Both the position numbers and the translations under genes were made by a program. A DNA stretch of 64,000 nt from an uncultured Saccharofermentans sp. (GTDB taxonomy: Bacteria; Bacillota; Clostridia; Saccharofermentanales; UBA5734), in assembly GCA_963675845.1 (NCBI GenBank), contig OY776634.1, forward strand, positions 1,431,605 through 1,495,604, written 5' to 3'. The notes beneath the pieces were generated by a model. It was not told where the DNA came from and ran no database searches. It was given only the letters and a program-made list of their open reading frames with translations. Below are positions 31,274 through 42,899 of this stretch, piece after piece (position 1 is the stretch's first letter; each line of letters starts with the position of its first letter).

Positions 31274-32728
31274 ATGATTAATGTTTTCCTCGCGGCGCTG
31301 CCGCCCTCGATCATCATCCTGATCGTTGTCGCAGCTATTTTGTTTTTTACACTTTTTCTGGTTATGCTTTCGCGTTACCGCAAGTGCCCGTCCGACAAGA
31401 TCATGGTTATCTACGGACAGGTCGGCAACAACATGGATGGAACAAACCGTTCGGCTAAGTGCATACACGGCGGCGCGTCATTCATCTGGCCGGTTATCCA
31501 GGCTTATGAATACCTGGACCTGACCCCAATGTCGATCAGCGTCGACTTGAAAAATGCCCTCTCGAGACAGAACATCCGAATTGACGTCCCGTCCAGGTTT
31601 ACTGTCGGCATTTCGACCGAACAGGGTGTCATGCAAAACGCTGCCGAGCGACTGCTCGGACTCAAACTGTCCGAGATTCAGGAGCTTGCCAAGGATATCA
31701 TCTTCGGTCAGCTCAGGCTGGTTATCGCAACCATGGATATCGAGGAGATCAACACCGATCGCGATAAGTTCCTGGAAGCGGTTTCCCGCAATGTTGAAAC
31801 CGAATTGCGGAAAATCGGGCTTCGCCTGATCAACGTCAATGTAACGGATATCAACGATGAGTCCGGCTATATTGAAGCGCTGGGCAAGGAGGCTGCGGCC
31901 AAGGCGATCAATGACGCCAAAAAGACGGTTGCGGAAAAGAACCGAGACGGTTCGATCGGCGAAGCCAATGCCCATCGTGACCAGCGCATCCAGGTGGCGG
32001 CAGCAGACTCAACCGCCATCCAGGGTGAGAACGAAGCCAAGGCAAACATTGCCGCATCCAACGCGACCCGTCGGGAAGCTGAAGCGGAAGCGCTCCGCCG
32101 TGCGACAGCTGCGGAAAAGACCAAGAACGCCAAGGCACTGGAAGAAGCCTACGCCGCGGAGCAACTGGCTGAGGTTGCCCGTGCCGAGCGTGAACGCGCG
32201 ACCCTTTCCGCAGATATTGTGGTCAAATCCGAGATCGACAAGCGACAGGTCGAAATCCAGGCCGAGGCAGAAGCTGAAAGAATCCGTCGCCAGGCGAGGG
32301 GTGAAGCCGATGGCATCTTCCTCAAGATGGAAGCTGAAGCTCGCGGCATCCAGGAAATTCTGACCCGCCAGGCTGAAGGCCTGGGCGCTGTTGTCAAAGC
32401 TTCCGGCGGCGACTCCAGTGATGCCTTGAGACTCCTGCTGGCCGACAAGATGGAAGAACTGATGAAAATCCAGGTCGAAGCGATCAAGAACATCAAGATT
32501 GACAAGATTACTGTCTGGGACGGCGGTCAGGGTGGAACGTCCAAGGCGCCGGCAACCGCTAACTTGCTGTCCGGTCTTTTAAAGTCGATCCCGCCCATGA
32601 ACGACATGTTCAAGATGGCCGGTATGGATCTGCCGAACTTCCTGGGCAAGGAAAGTGAAGTCAAAACACTGGAAGAGTCCGCCGGCAATTCTGCAAAAGA
32701 CTCAGAACTTGACAAGCCCAAAGACTAA
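31274..32728 (+). CDS. flotillin-family SPFH/band-7 protein (FloT-like)
   Basis: N-terminal TM, an SPFH domain, then a long EA-rich coiled coil (AEAEAERIRRQARGEADG...). Length is 484 aa. Confidence 0.85.
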   Translation: MINVFLAALPPSIIILIVVAAILFFTLFLVMLSRYRKCPSDKIMVIYGQVGNNMDGTNRSAKCIHGGASFIWPVIQAYEYLDLTPMSISVDLKNALSRQNIRIDVPSRFTVGISTEQGVMQNAAERLLGLKLSEIQELAKDIIFGQLRLVIATMDIEEINTDRDKFLEAVSRNVETELRKIGLRLINVNVTDINDESGYIEALGKEAAAKAINDAKKTVAEKNRDGSIGEANAHRDQRIQVAAADSTAIQGENEAKANIAASNATRREAEAEALRRATAAEKTKNAKALEEAYAAEQLAEVARAERERATLSADIVVKSEIDKRQVEIQAEAEAERIRRQARGEADGIFLKMEAEARGIQEILTRQAEGLGAVVKASGGDSSDALRLLLADKMEELMKIQVEAIKNIKIDKITVWDGGQGGTSKAPATANLLSGLLKSIPPMNDMFKMAGMDLPNFLGKESEVKTLEESAGNSAKDSELDKPKD

Positions 32729-32740
32729 CGCGCCATCAGT

Positions 32741-32782
32741 ATTTTGAAAAAGGCCGCCGCGATCGCGACGGCCTTTTTCAAA
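32741..32782. terminator. bidirectional rho-independent terminator (AAAAAGGCCGCCGCGATCGCGACGGCCTTTTTCAAAA)
   Basis: GC-rich inverted repeat flanked by an A-run and a T-run, directly after the flotillin stop. Confidence 0.7.
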
Positions 32783-32851
32783 ACCGTTTGAGCGGACGGG
32801 GCGGATTTGCTAGAATGAAGCATAGCGACAACTATCGGAAAGCAGGATTAT

Positions 32852-33847
32852 ATGGCACAACTTCAACACATGAATATCGTCAGCATCGATGAGCTCGAAA
32901 GCGAACTCGGCTCGGTCAAGTGGCCGCGCTTCGTCAAACGCTGCGAAGACAATCTCCACGCCTATCTCCTGACCACCGTCAGAAGGATTTTGGGCAACCA
33001 CCACATCCGCGCCATCTTCGTCTCCGGCCCGACCTCATCAGGCAAGACGACCTTTTCCAACCGGATGTCAGATCTTTTGGGCAGCCATGGCCGCAAGACC
33101 ACCGTGCTGTCGATGGACGACTATTACAGCCTCAAGCATGAGCGTTACGACGACAAGGGCAGACCCGATTTTGAGAGTCTTGAAACCCTGGATACCGATC
33201 GGATGGTTGAGGATTTCGCAGACCTGATCGCCGGCAGAAAAGTAGAGCTCCCGACGTTTGACTTTATCACCCGAAGGCGCTACTTTGAACCGCACAAGCA
33301 GCTGCAGCTGGCCGATGATGAAATCGTGCTGGTGGAAGGCTTGCACGGTCTGTCCGATCACGTCGTCGGGCAGTTGGATGCGCACCAGGTGTACAAGATT
33401 TTCATCATGCCCTGGTGTACGCTGCTGGATGGCCGCCAGCTCTTGGGCAGCAGTGATCTGAGAATGCTCCGGCGGATCTCGCGCGATGTCCTTCATCGCG
33501 GATCGACCGCACTGTCGACAATAGACTACTGGCCGATGATCGACCGGACAGAGGATGTCTTGTTTCCGCCATATCTGGCGAACGCCGATACTTACGTCAA
33601 CTCTTGTCTGCCTTATGAGTTTTGTGTCATCGCGCCGTTGGCGGCCCGTCAAATTGAAGCGTCGCTGGAACAATATGAGATCGGCCGTTTGCCGGGATCC
33701 ATCTACCAGAAAGGACAGATCGGCTATGCTGATCTGCCGGCGGCCGTCATGCAGGCTAGGCAGCTCCTGGAGGCTTGCTCGAAAATCCCCTCAGCTGACC
33801 GCTCGGTTGTGCCGGACCGCTCGATTCTCAACGAATTCATTCACTGA
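32852..33847 (+). CDS. uridine kinase/phosphoribulokinase-family nucleoside kinase-like protein
   Basis: P-loop (GPTSSGKTT) followed by ...LSMDDYY... as in Udk/PRK family. Extended to 331 aa. Confidence 0.65.
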   Translation: MAQLQHMNIVSIDELESELGSVKWPRFVKRCEDNLHAYLLTTVRRILGNHHIRAIFVSGPTSSGKTTFSNRMSDLLGSHGRKTTVLSMDDYYSLKHERYDDKGRPDFESLETLDTDRMVEDFADLIAGRKVELPTFDFITRRRYFEPHKQLQLADDEIVLVEGLHGLSDHVVGQLDAHQVYKIFIMPWCTLLDGRQLLGSSDLRMLRRISRDVLHRGSTALSTIDYWPMIDRTEDVLFPPYLANADTYVNSCLPYEFCVIAPLAARQIEASLEQYEIGRLPGSIYQKGQIGYADLPAAVMQARQLLEACSKIPSADRSVVPDRSILNEFIH

Positions 33848-34656
33848 CTGCCGATTACAGCGGATAACTGCCCGAGTGCGGCTGCAACACCGTGGTTGTC
33901 ATTTGAGCGTGTGATCATCTGGGCAGCGGCTTTGACCCGTTCGACGGCATTGCCCATCGCGATGCCAAGGCCGGCCTTTGTGACCATGTCCAGGTCGTTG
34001 CCCGAGTCCCCGATGCTGATGATCTCGGTCTGGCAGATACCAAGATGCAAAGCGAGGTGTTCGAGTGCGATGCCTTTGCCGGCCTTCGGGTGTAAAAACT
34101 CCAGAAGATCCGGTTGCGTTCTGACAATGGTGAAGCGGCTGGCAAAGCCTCGGGGCGGATTTTCCTCGATTAGGTCGAGAACTTCTTTTGGCCCGCTGGT
34201 GTTGATCTTGAGAATCTTCTGCCCGGGTCGCAGCTGGGCTGGCTGCCAGTATTTGACCGGTACCTGATTGATCTCGTGCTCCCAGCGGGCAACCGGATGC
34301 AGAGCGGGTGTCAGTACGCTGTCCCGGTCAAAGCAGTAATAATAGAGCCCCTGTGATTGGGCAAATGCTGAAACATCGCGGTAGTCCTGGACGGTTATTG
34401 GCTGGCTGAACAGATCGGTGCCGCGTCTGATATCCAATGTCAGCGTACCGTTGTAAGCGATCAGGTAGTCATCGGCAATCCCATTGAGCAGTTGCCTGGC
34501 GTGGGTTGTTCCGATGATCGGTCGCCCGGTTGCGATGACGATTTTCAGGCCGGCGTCATGGGCGGCCTGCAGGGCTTTGACATTCTCATTAGAGACGGTG
34601 CCCTGACTGTTGAGCAGCGTGCCGTCAAGATCGATGGCTAATAGTTTGTACATCAA
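33841..34656 (-). CDS. Cof-type HAD-IIB family hydrolase
   Basis: MYKLLAIDLDGTLLNS (DxDGT motif I) and C-terminal GDSGND motif IV. Confidence 0.85.
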   Translation of the reverse strand: MMYKLLAIDLDGTLLNSQGTVSNENVKALQAAHDAGLKIVIATGRPIIGTTHARQLLNGIADDYLIAYNGTLTLDIRRGTDLFSQPITVQDYRDVSAFAQSQGLYYYCFDRDSVLTPALHPVARWEHEINQVPVKYWQPAQLRPGQKILKINTSGPKEVLDLIEENPPRGFASRFTIVRTQPDLLEFLHPKAGKGIALEHLALHLGICQTEIISIGDSGNDLDMVTKAGLGIAMGNAVERVKAAAQMITRSNDNHGVAAALGQLSAVIGSQ

Positions 34657-34681
34657 TGGCAGCTTTCCGGCTGCCGCGCTT

Positions 34682-35416
34682 TCAGCTGTTTTTCACCAAG
34701 GTCTTCAGCTTGGCGTCGGCATCCTGTGATATTTCGCCGCCATGATAACAGATGATCGAGTCGATATCAAGCGCGGTCAGTTTGCCGAGCGACTGCCAGG
34801 CCTGATGGATATCCACTGAATGGATGGGCGCAGGCCCCACCAATTGACCGTCGTCGCAGTTCAGCGCGTCGCCGGTTAACAGGATTTTGGCTGTTGGGAA
34901 ATAAAGCGACAAGTGACCGGGGGTGTGCCCCGGGGTGTGAACGACAAGGATCGGAATATCGAACGGTAAAACTTCGCCGTCTTCCAGGGTCTGGTCAACC
35001 TTAAGGCCGCGAAAATTCTCCGGGCGGTTGGCCGGGTTAAGGGTCTGGCCTGCCGGCAGGTTGGCCTGCATTTTGCGCCGGATCTCGGGATCCAGTTTGA
35101 TAAAGGGTCGATCTCCCTGGATATAGGGCTTCTCCTCAGCATGAGCCATGATACGCGCAGGATGGTCCATTTCCCTGAGAATATCCGACACGCCGCCGAT
35201 GTGATCGAAGTCCTGATGCGTCAGGATGATGTCGGTGATCATCTCAGGTGTGGTGCCGAAACGCTCCATCTCCTGACGCAGATCGCCCAGCTGTCCGGGC
35301 ATCCCGGCATCAACCAGGATCAGGGCATCCTGGTTGACAACAATAACCGGATGAAAGCCTATGCCGTGGGTGGATTGTCCGACTGTGAGCATGTGTACAC
35401 CGTTGATTTTGTCCAT
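34682..35416 (-). CDS. MBL-fold metallo-hydrolase (glyoxalase II-like)
   Basis: THQDFDHIGG (HxHxDH) motif. The start is uncertain; the ORF extends to 35491 but the N-terminal extension lacks an RBS. Confidence 0.7.
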   Translation of the reverse strand: MDKINGVHMLTVGQSTHGIGFHPVIVVNQDALILVDAGMPGQLGDLRQEMERFGTTPEMITDIILTHQDFDHIGGVSDILREMDHPARIMAHAEEKPYIQGDRPFIKLDPEIRRKMQANLPAGQTLNPANRPENFRGLKVDQTLEDGEVLPFDIPILVVHTPGHTPGHLSLYFPTAKILLTGDALNCDDGQLVGPAPIHSVDIHQAWQSLGKLTALDIDSIICYHGGEISQDADAKLKTLVKNS

Positions 35417-35665
35417 GGCCAGTTGCAGGCTGCTGCTGTCTGCCTGCTTACCCCCTTCGGTCAAAATGCAGCAAATATTGCAAAATTGCAATTTTAGAGT
35501 TATATATATACATATTTAATCATTCGACATCTGATCTGACAAGTGTGTCGTGTCCGTTTCTGCCATATGTCCATATTATACTTCAGCCAGCGCTTGGCCA
35601 GACTGATCCCGAGACGTCCATTTTACATATTGTGCTTGATTGACATTTGAACTTGAAAAAGGGGT

Positions 35666-35700
35666 TGAATTAAGGTTAAGTGACAAAGTAAAATCAGGGT
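35666..35700 (+). promoter_or_regulatory. candidate sigma-A promoter in the long rpsL leader (TTGAAT-18-TAAAAT)
   Basis: Hexamers were read by eye at about 160 nt upstream of rpsL. An extended -10 candidate (TGATATACT) is also present near 35750. Confidence 0.25.
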
Positions 35701-35854
35701 TGAAATTAACAAAAAAATATTTTACTTTTCAGCTGTACGGTGATATACTAAGTTGCCTGTAAACCCCAAAGGGGGTATTTTTATGTGGCCCAGCTGATTC
35801 TGTATCATCTGTGAGCCCCGAAAATACGGTGAAATGATGAGAGGAGGTGTATTG

Positions 35855-36283
35855 ATGCCTACGTTCAACCAATTGGTTAAAAAGGGTCGTGTGACGAAAC
35901 GCTATAAGTCGACCTCACCGGCTTTGCAAACGACCATGAACACCCTGAAGAAGCGTGTGACTGAGCAGTCTTCTCCGCAGAAGCGTGGAACCTGCACCGT
36001 GGTTAAGACCACAACGCCGAAAAAGCCGAATTCAGCGCTGCGTAAAGTAGCCAGGGTCCGTTTGACCAACCAGGTCGAGGTGACAGCCTATATTCCTGGA
36101 ATTGGCCACAACCTGCAAGAGCACTCCGTTGTTCTGATCAGGGGCGGTCGTGTCAAGGATCTGCCAGGTGTCCGCTACCATATCGTTCGCGGAACACTGG
36201 ATACGGCAGGTGTTGCCAACCGCATGCAGAGTCGCTCCAAATATGGCGCGAAGAAGCCCAAAGCGGCTAAAGTCAAGAACTGA
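35855..36283 (+). CDS. rpsL: 30S ribosomal protein S12
   Basis: [12 protein letters not shown] ... conserved S12 sequence. A GAGAGGAGGTG RBS is present. Confidence 0.95.
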   Translation: MPTFNQLVKKGRVTKRYKSTSPALQTTMNTLKKRVTEQSSPQKRGTCTVVKTTTPKKPNSALRKVARVRLTNQVEVTAYIPGIGHNLQEHSVVLIRGGRVKDLPGVRYHIVRGTLDTAGVANRMQSRSKYGAKKPKAAKVKN

Positions 36284-36440
36284 TGCCGCAGGTTGGACAA
36301 TAGTGTGATCAGTACACTGTCATAGATTGCTTTTTGATTAAAGTTTATGGCATGTCTGGCACTCGACACGGTCCAAAAATACGTGAGTACCTATGGTATC
36401 GGGACTAGATCCCGCATTATCATGAGAGGAGGGAAGACAA

Positions 36441-36911
36441 GTGCCAAGAAAAGGCCATGTCCCTACAAGAGAAGTACTTCCTGATCCGATTTATCATGAC
36501 GTTCGCGTGACCAAGCTGGTCAACAACATCATGCTGGACGGAAAAAAGGGAGTTGCACAGAAGATTTGCTATGGTGCCTTTGACATCGTCAAAGAGCGTA
36601 CCAGTCAGGATCCGCTGGAAGTCTTCAACACAGCCCTGGAGAACATCATGCCGACGCTCGAGGTTAAAGCTCGCCGCGTGGGTGGTTCCAACTACCAGGT
36701 CCCGATTGAAGTCCGTCCCGAGCGTCGTCAGACACTGGGTCTCCGCTGGCTGGTCGAAAATGCACGCAAGCGCAGTGAGCGCACCATGCGTGAGCGTCTC
36801 GCCAACGAGATCTACGATGCTTTTAACGCGACCGGCGGTGCAGTGAAGAAGAAGGAAGACATACACCGTATGGCTGACGCGAACCGCGCGTTTGCTCATT
36901 ACAGATGGTAA
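36441..36911 (+). CDS. rpsG: 30S ribosomal protein S7
   Basis: [31 protein letters not shown]... It appears to have a GTG start, after a GAGAGGAGGG RBS. Confidence 0.95.
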   Translation: MPRKGHVPTREVLPDPIYHDVRVTKLVNNIMLDGKKGVAQKICYGAFDIVKERTSQDPLEVFNTALENIMPTLEVKARRVGGSNYQVPIEVRPERRQTLGLRWLVENARKRSERTMRERLANEIYDAFNATGGAVKKKEDIHRMADANRAFAHYRW

Positions 36912-36935
36912 TCCCCAGGGAGGAGCAATAACCCA

Positions 36936-39002
36936 ATGCCCAGAGATTTTTCGCTAGAGAATACGCGGAATATTGGCATTATGGCTCATATCGATGCCGG
37001 CAAGACCACGACAACCGAGCGCGTTCTGTTCTACACGGGCAGGATTCACAAGGTTGGCGAGGTTCACGAAGGTGCCGCTACCATGGACTGGATGGAGCAG
37101 GAGCAGGAGCGTGGCATTACGATCACGTCTGCTGCGACAACCGCCCAGTGGAAGGGTAAGCGGATCAACATCATCGACACGCCAGGCCACGTCGACTTCA
37201 CGGTTGAAGTTGAAAGGTCGCTGCGTGTACTTGACGGCGCGGTTACGCTGTTTTGCGCCAAGGGCGGCGTTGAGCCCCAGACTGAAACCGTCTGGCGCCA
37301 AGCCGACCACTACAATGTCCCGCGTCTAGCATACGTCAACAAAATGGATATCCTCGGCGCCGATTTCTATCGTGCCGTGGCTATGATGAAAGATCGTCTC
37401 AGGACCAACGCCGTTCCGATTCAACTGCCGATCGGCGCTGAAGATCATTTTACCGGCATTATCGATCTGGTCGAAATGAAGGCCGTTACTTACGGTGATG
37501 ACCTCGGCACCCAGATCGATGTCGGTGAAATCCCTGAAGACATGCTGGAAGACGCCCAGAAATGGCATAATGAAATGGTGGAGTCAATTGTCGAGACCGA
37601 CGAAGATTTGACCATGAAGTACCTTGAGGGCGAAGAGATCACTGTGGATGAACTAAAGATCGCGCTCCGCAAGGCAACCATTGCCTGCGAGATCACGCCG
37701 GTTACCTGCGGTACATCCTACAAGAACAAAGGTGTTCAGCTGATGCTGGATACGGTGATCGACTACATGCCCTCACCGCTGGATGTTCCGGCGATCAAGG
37801 GCGTCAATCCCGATACAGAGGAAGAGGAAGTTCGCCCGGCGGATGACAGCGCGCCGTTCTCTGCCCTGGCATTTAAGATCATGGCTGACCCGTTTGTCGG
37901 AAAACTGTGCTTCTTCCGTGTCTACTCCGGTACCCTGAACTCGGGTTCCTACACCTTGAATTCGGTTAAGGGCAAGCGCGAGCGCATCGGCCGCATTTTG
38001 CAGATGCACGCCAATCACCGTGAAGAGATCGCAACGGTCTACGCCGGTGATATCGCCGCTGCTGTCGGCCTCAAGGACACCATCACCGGTGAAACCCTCT
38101 GTGACGAGAACCACCCGGTTATTCTTGAGTCGATGGAATTCCCCGAGCCGGTTATCGAAGTCGCGATCGAACCGAAATCCAAAGCCAGCCAGGACAAGAT
38201 GATGACTGCCCTGGCCAAGCTGGCCGAGGAAGATCCAACCTTCAGGACCAAAACCGACACGGACACCGGACAGACCATTATCGCGGGTATGGGTGAACTT
38301 CATCTTGATATCATCGTTGACCGTCTGTTCCGCGAGTTCAAGGTTGAAGCCAACGTTGGCGCTCCGCAGGTTTCCTATAAGGAGACAATCCGCAAGGCCG
38401 TCAAGGTCGAAGGCAAGTTTGTTCGCCAGTCCGGCGGCCGCGGCCAGTACGGTCACTGCGTGCTCGAGATCGAACCCAATGAGCCCGGCGAAGGTTATGA
38501 ATTCATCAACAAGATCGTCGGCGGTACGATTCCCAAGGAATATATTGGTCCGGTTGATGCCGGTATCAAGGAAGCCATGGGCAGCGGCGTACTCGGCGGC
38601 TACCCGGTTGTTGACGTCAAGGTCACGCTGGTTGACGGTTCCTACCATGATGTCGACTCGTCAGAAATGGCGTTTAAGATCGCCGGTTCGATGGGCTTCA
38701 AGGAAGGCTGTCATAAGGCTAATCCGGTTCTGCTCGAGCCGATCATGCGTGTTGACGTCATAACCCCAGAGGATTACCTCGGCGATGTTATGGGTGATAT
38801 CAATTCACGTCGCGGCCGCATTGAAGGCATCGACGACCAGTCATCTGCCAAGGGCATCCATGCCATGGTTCCATTGTCCCAGATGTTCGGTTACGCGACT
38901 GTTTTGCGTTCTCGTACACAGGGCCGCGGCACCTTCGTTATGCAGATCAGCCACTTCGAAGAAATGCCCAAGAGCATTATGGAAGCTGTTCTGAAGAATT
39001 AA
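36936..39002 (+). CDS. fusA: elongation factor G
   Basis: [16 protein letters not shown]1 motif and a conserved EF-G domain series. Length is 688 aa. Confidence 0.95.
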   Translation: MPRDFSLENTRNIGIMAHIDAGKTTTTERVLFYTGRIHKVGEVHEGAATMDWMEQEQERGITITSAATTAQWKGKRINIIDTPGHVDFTVEVERSLRVLDGAVTLFCAKGGVEPQTETVWRQADHYNVPRLAYVNKMDILGADFYRAVAMMKDRLRTNAVPIQLPIGAEDHFTGIIDLVEMKAVTYGDDLGTQIDVGEIPEDMLEDAQKWHNEMVESIVETDEDLTMKYLEGEEITVDELKIALRKATIACEITPVTCGTSYKNKGVQLMLDTVIDYMPSPLDVPAIKGVNPDTEEEEVRPADDSAPFSALAFKIMADPFVGKLCFFRVYSGTLNSGSYTLNSVKGKRERIGRILQMHANHREEIATVYAGDIAAAVGLKDTITGETLCDENHPVILESMEFPEPVIEVAIEPKSKASQDKMMTALAKLAEEDPTFRTKTDTDTGQTIIAGMGELHLDIIVDRLFREFKVEANVGAPQVSYKETIRKAVKVEGKFVRQSGGRGQYGHCVLEIEPNEPGEGYEFINKIVGGTIPKEYIGPVDAGIKEAMGSGVLGGYPVVDVKVTLVDGSYHDVDSSEMAFKIAGSMGFKEGCHKANPVLLEPIMRVDVITPEDYLGDVMGDINSRRGRIEGIDDQSSAKGIHAMVPLSQMFGYATVLRSRTQGRGTFVMQISHFEEMPKSIMEAVLKN

Positions 39003-39150
39003 TCGTTTGAGCACTGGAAACAGGCCGTTGGATCAACATTGCCAAATCTGGCAAATAGTGTAAAATGGTCTATAGCAGTCTTAAAACAAAAAAGTATTAA
39101 ATTTTAAAAAATCAGCATATTACCTGCTGAACAAAGGAGGAAACTCTCAA

Positions 39151-40350
39151 ATGGCAAAGGCAAAATTTGAAAGAACAAAGCCCCATGTCAACATCGGCAC
39201 CATCGGCCACGTCGACCACGGCAAAACATCGCTGACCGCTGCGATCACGAAAGTCCTCGCAATGACCGGCGCTGCAAAATACGAAGCCTATGACGCTATC
39301 GATAAAGCTCCGGAAGAGAGAGAGCGTGGCATCACCATCAACACCGCCCACGTTGAGTACCAGACCGAAGCTCGTCACTACGCGCACGTCGACTGCCCCG
39401 GCCATGCTGACTATATCAAGAACATGATCACCGGTGCTGCCCAGATGGACGGCGCGATCCTGGTTGTTTCAGCGGCTGACGGCCCGATGCCCCAGACCCG
39501 TGAGCACATCCTGCTCGCTCGTCAGGTTGGCGTTCCTTCGATCGTTGTTTTCCTGAACAAGACCGATATGGCTGACCCCGAGCTGATCGAACTGACTGAA
39601 ATGGAAGTTCGTGAACTGCTCAGCCTCTATGACTTCCCGGGCGATGACACCCCGGTCATCCAGGGTTCTGCCCTGAACATGCTGGAAAGCGAGAGCACAG
39701 ATCCTAACGATCCGGTCTACGCACCGATCAAGGAACTGATGGACGCTGTTGACAGCTTCATTCCGACCCCTGAGCGTCCGACTGATCTGCCGTTCGCTAT
39801 GCCTGTTGAAGATGTCTTCACCATCACTGGTCGTGGTACTGTTGCCACCGGCCGTGTTGAGCGTGGTACCATCAAGGTTGGTGACCCGGTTCAGATTATC
39901 GGCCTGGCCGAAGAGTCTACCTCAACAACCATCACAGGTATCGAAATGTTCCGCAAACTGCTGGACAGCGCCGAAGCCGGTGACAACGTCGGCGTTCTAC
40001 TGCGTGGTGTCCAGCGCAAGGATATCCAGCGTGGCCAGGTTATCGCCAAGCCGGGTTCGATTACCCCGCATACCCACTTCAAGGGCCAGGTCTATGTTCT
40101 GACCCAGGCTGAAGGCGGCCGTCACAAGCCGTTCTTCAACGGCTATCGTCCGCAGTTCTACTTCCGCACCACCGACGTTACTGGTGTTGCCGAGTTGCCT
40201 GAAGGCGTTGACATGTGCATGCCTGGCGATCACGTCACCATCACAGTCAAGCTGATCACCCCGATCGCTATGGAGCAGGGCCTGAAGTTTGCTATCCGTG
40301 AAGGCGGCAAGACCGTTGGTTCCGGTACCATCACCGAAATCATCGAGTAG
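39151..40350 (+). CDS. tuf: elongation factor Tu
   Basis: [23 protein letters not shown] and NKTD motifs. Length is 399 aa. An AAAGGAGG RBS is present. Confidence 0.95.
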   Translation: MAKAKFERTKPHVNIGTIGHVDHGKTSLTAAITKVLAMTGAAKYEAYDAIDKAPEERERGITINTAHVEYQTEARHYAHVDCPGHADYIKNMITGAAQMDGAILVVSAADGPMPQTREHILLARQVGVPSIVVFLNKTDMADPELIELTEMEVRELLSLYDFPGDDTPVIQGSALNMLESESTDPNDPVYAPIKELMDAVDSFIPTPERPTDLPFAMPVEDVFTITGRGTVATGRVERGTIKVGDPVQIIGLAEESTSTTITGIEMFRKLLDSAEAGDNVGVLLRGVQRKDIQRGQVIAKPGSITPHTHFKGQVYVLTQAEGGRHKPFFNGYRPQFYFRTTDVTGVAELPEGVDMCMPGDHVTITVKLITPIAMEQGLKFAIREGGKTVGSGTITEIIE

Positions 40351-40371
40351 TCACCAAACAATCACAGTCTT

Positions 40372-40412
40372 TGGTTGAGGGTGCCGCCATGTTTTGGCGG
40401 CGCCCTTTTCAA
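40372..40412 (+). terminator. rho-independent terminator after tuf (GGGTGCCGCCA-tgttt-TGGCGGCGCCC TTTTC)
   Basis: GC-rich inverted repeat plus a T-tract. Confidence 0.6.
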
Positions 40413-40425
40413 AAGAAACAGAGGA

Positions 40426-42819
40426 ATGGACATGACAAGCGACCGGCTGAATGAGCCATTAGAAGACAAGGGTCGAGAAGACCTTGAACCTAAAAACCCC
40501 AGACTCCCCATGATCCCGCTCAGGGGCCTGGCTGTTTTCCCCGGCGTCAACCTGACGTTTGATGTCGCGCGCGACAAATCCCGCGAAGCGGTGAAGGCGG
40601 CGATGAAGACAGACCAGATGATCTTCCTGACAGCCCAGACCGACGCCAGCCAGGACTGGCCTGAAGTGGATGACGTCTATCCGGTTGGCTGCGTTGCCAA
40701 AATCCGCCAGGTTGTTGAGTTGCCAGGCAGCGACGCAATGAAGCTGCTGGTGGAAGGTCGGCACCGTGCCAGGATCGTGTCCGTTGAACAGGAAGATCCC
40801 TGCTACACGGTCGAAGTCAAGATCATGGAGCAGGCACAGCAAGACTTTGGTAATCCGATCAATGAAGCCTATAGACGCCAGCTTCTGAAGGCTTTTGAGC
40901 GTTTCGCCGCCGCAAGCAGCAAGATACCCCCTGAAACCTTGATTGCCATCGCTGCGATTAAGGACCCGGCCCAGACAGCCGATGCCATCGCCGGACAGCT
41001 TCATGTCGACGTCGAGCACAAGCAGGCGCTTTTGGAAGCTGTAGACACCATCGACCGCACGAGCAGCCTGATTGAGCTTTTAGCACGCGAACAGCAGATC
41101 GCGGAGCTTGAGAAGGAAATCAGCGGCAAGGTCCGGTCGACCATCGACAAGAGTCAGAAAGAATATTTCCTCCGAGAGCAGATCAAAGCCATCCAGACAG
41201 AACTTGGAGAAGGCGAGAATGCGCTCGAAGAACAAGATATATACCTCAATCTACTGGAAAAGACACCCATCCCCGAGGACGCGAAGGAAAAAGTCGCCAA
41301 AGACATCCGACGCCTGGCCAGGATGCCGGCCGGTTATCCGGAAGGCGGCGTCCTGAGGAATTATCTGGATCTCCTGTTCGAGATGCCCTGGGGCAAGAAC
41401 GATCCGGAGCGACTGAACATTGTGCGGGCCAGAAAGATTCTCAACCGCGACCACTACGGCCTGGACAAGGTCAAGGAACGTATCCTGGAGTACCTGGCGG
41501 TCCGCAAGCTTCGCATTGAAGGCGGCGAGACCGGGTCGAAAGGTCCGATCCTCTGTCTGGTCGGTCCGCCAGGCGTCGGCAAGACCTCGATCGCGAAATC
41601 CGTATCCGAAGCGCTAGGCCGCAAATATGTCCGGATGTCGCTGGGCGGCATTCGCGATGAAGCTGAGATCCGCGGACATCGCCGAACCTATGTTGGCGCC
41701 ATGCCAGGTCGGATTATTAACGCGATCCGCCAGGCCGGCCGCGACAACCCGTTGATCCTTTTGGATGAAATTGACAAGCTCGGCAGTGATTTCAGAGGCG
41801 ATCCGTCATCCGCCCTGCTGGAGGTGCTCGATCCGGAGCAGAACAATAATTTCCGCGATCACTACATGGAAATCCCCTATGACCTGTCCCAGGTTCTGTT
41901 CATTACAACCGCCAATACAGTGGAAACCATCCCCCGGGCGCTGCTTGACCGGATGGAAGTGGTGGTCTTGTCCGGCTACACGGAAGAAGAGAAGATCGAA
42001 ATCGCCCGCCGCCATTTGCTCAAGCACCAGCTCAAGGCCCATGCACTGAGCAAGCAGCAACTGACGATCACCCGCGAGGCTATTCGCAGCCTGATCAGCT
42101 GGTATACGCGTGAGGCCGGCGTCCGTCAGCTTGAACGAGAGCTGGCGCATGTCTGCCGCAAGGCGGCGATTGCCATTACCGAGAATGAGCAGGAAAAGGT
42201 CCGGGTGACGCCGGCCAATCTGGAAGACATGATCGGCAAAAAGAAATACCGGTATGACAAAGCCCACGATGTCGATCTGGTCGGCGTAGCGACCGGTCTG
42301 GCCTGGACGGCAGCCGGCGGTGACACCCTGACCATCGAGGCCAATGTCGTACCGGGGTCCGGCAAGCTGGAGCTGACTGGCCAGCTTGGTGATGTCATGA
42401 AGGAGTCTGCCCGGGCTGCCCTGACCTACATCAGGACGCGCGCAAAAGATCTGGGTATTGACGAGTCTTTTGCCAGCGACAAGGATATCCATATCCATGT
42501 CCCGGCCGGAGCAATCCCCAAGGACGGTCCGTCCGCCGGCATTACGCTGGCAACAGCGCTGGCGTCTGCCCTGAGCGGGCGTCCGGTGCTCCACAATGTG
42601 GCCATGACCGGAGAGATCACGCTGCGCGGCAGGGTGCTGCCGATTGGAGGCCTCAAAGAGAAGGTGATCGCTGCCAAGCGAGCCGGGATCGATACCGTCC
42701 TGATGCCGATTGACAACAAGCGTGACCTCGAAGATCTGCCGAAGACTGTATTGGACCGGCTGGATCTGATCCCGGTTGAGACGATGGATGAGGTTTTTGC
42801 CAAGGCCCTGAAGGCATAA
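40426..42819 (+). CDS. lon: endopeptidase La (Lon protease)
   Basis: Lon N domain, AAA+ (GPPGVGKTS; Walker B LLDEIDK) and a C-terminal S16 protease (PKDGPSAGI). The start was chosen at MDMTSD after AGAGGA. Confidence 0.9.
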   Translation: MDMTSDRLNEPLEDKGREDLEPKNPRLPMIPLRGLAVFPGVNLTFDVARDKSREAVKAAMKTDQMIFLTAQTDASQDWPEVDDVYPVGCVAKIRQVVELPGSDAMKLLVEGRHRARIVSVEQEDPCYTVEVKIMEQAQQDFGNPINEAYRRQLLKAFERFAAASSKIPPETLIAIAAIKDPAQTADAIAGQLHVDVEHKQALLEAVDTIDRTSSLIELLAREQQIAELEKEISGKVRSTIDKSQKEYFLREQIKAIQTELGEGENALEEQDIYLNLLEKTPIPEDAKEKVAKDIRRLARMPAGYPEGGVLRNYLDLLFEMPWGKNDPERLNIVRARKILNRDHYGLDKVKERILEYLAVRKLRIEGGETGSKGPILCLVGPPGVGKTSIAKSVSEALGRKYVRMSLGGIRDEAEIRGHRRTYVGAMPGRIINAIRQAGRDNPLILLDEIDKLGSDFRGDPSSALLEVLDPEQNNNFRDHYMEIPYDLSQVLFITTANTVETIPRALLDRMEVVVLSGYTEEEKIEIARRHLLKHQLKAHALSKQQLTITREAIRSLISWYTREAGVRQLERELAHVCRKAAIAITENEQEKVRVTPANLEDMIGKKKYRYDKAHDVDLVGVATGLAWTAAGGDTLTIEANVVPGSGKLELTGQLGDVMKESARAALTYIRTRAKDLGIDESFASDKDIHIHVPAGAIPKDGPSAGITLATALASALSGRPVLHNVAMTGEITLRGRVLPIGGLKEKVIAAKRAGIDTVLMPIDNKRDLEDLPKTVLDRLDLIPVETMDEVFAKALKA

Positions 42820-42899
42820 GGTAAAAGCCGGGCAGTTGAAATTCTTTTCAATTGGCATTAAGATATCCCAAAGAGATGGGCGGAGGCGACTTGGAAACC

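Noticed and set aside
37773-38648. 291-aa - strand ORF overlapping fusA
   Set aside because: It is antisense to EF-G, which is unambiguous.
41806-42858. 350-aa - strand ORF overlapping lon
   Set aside because: It is antisense to the Lon AAA+/protease region. The translation is low-complexity.
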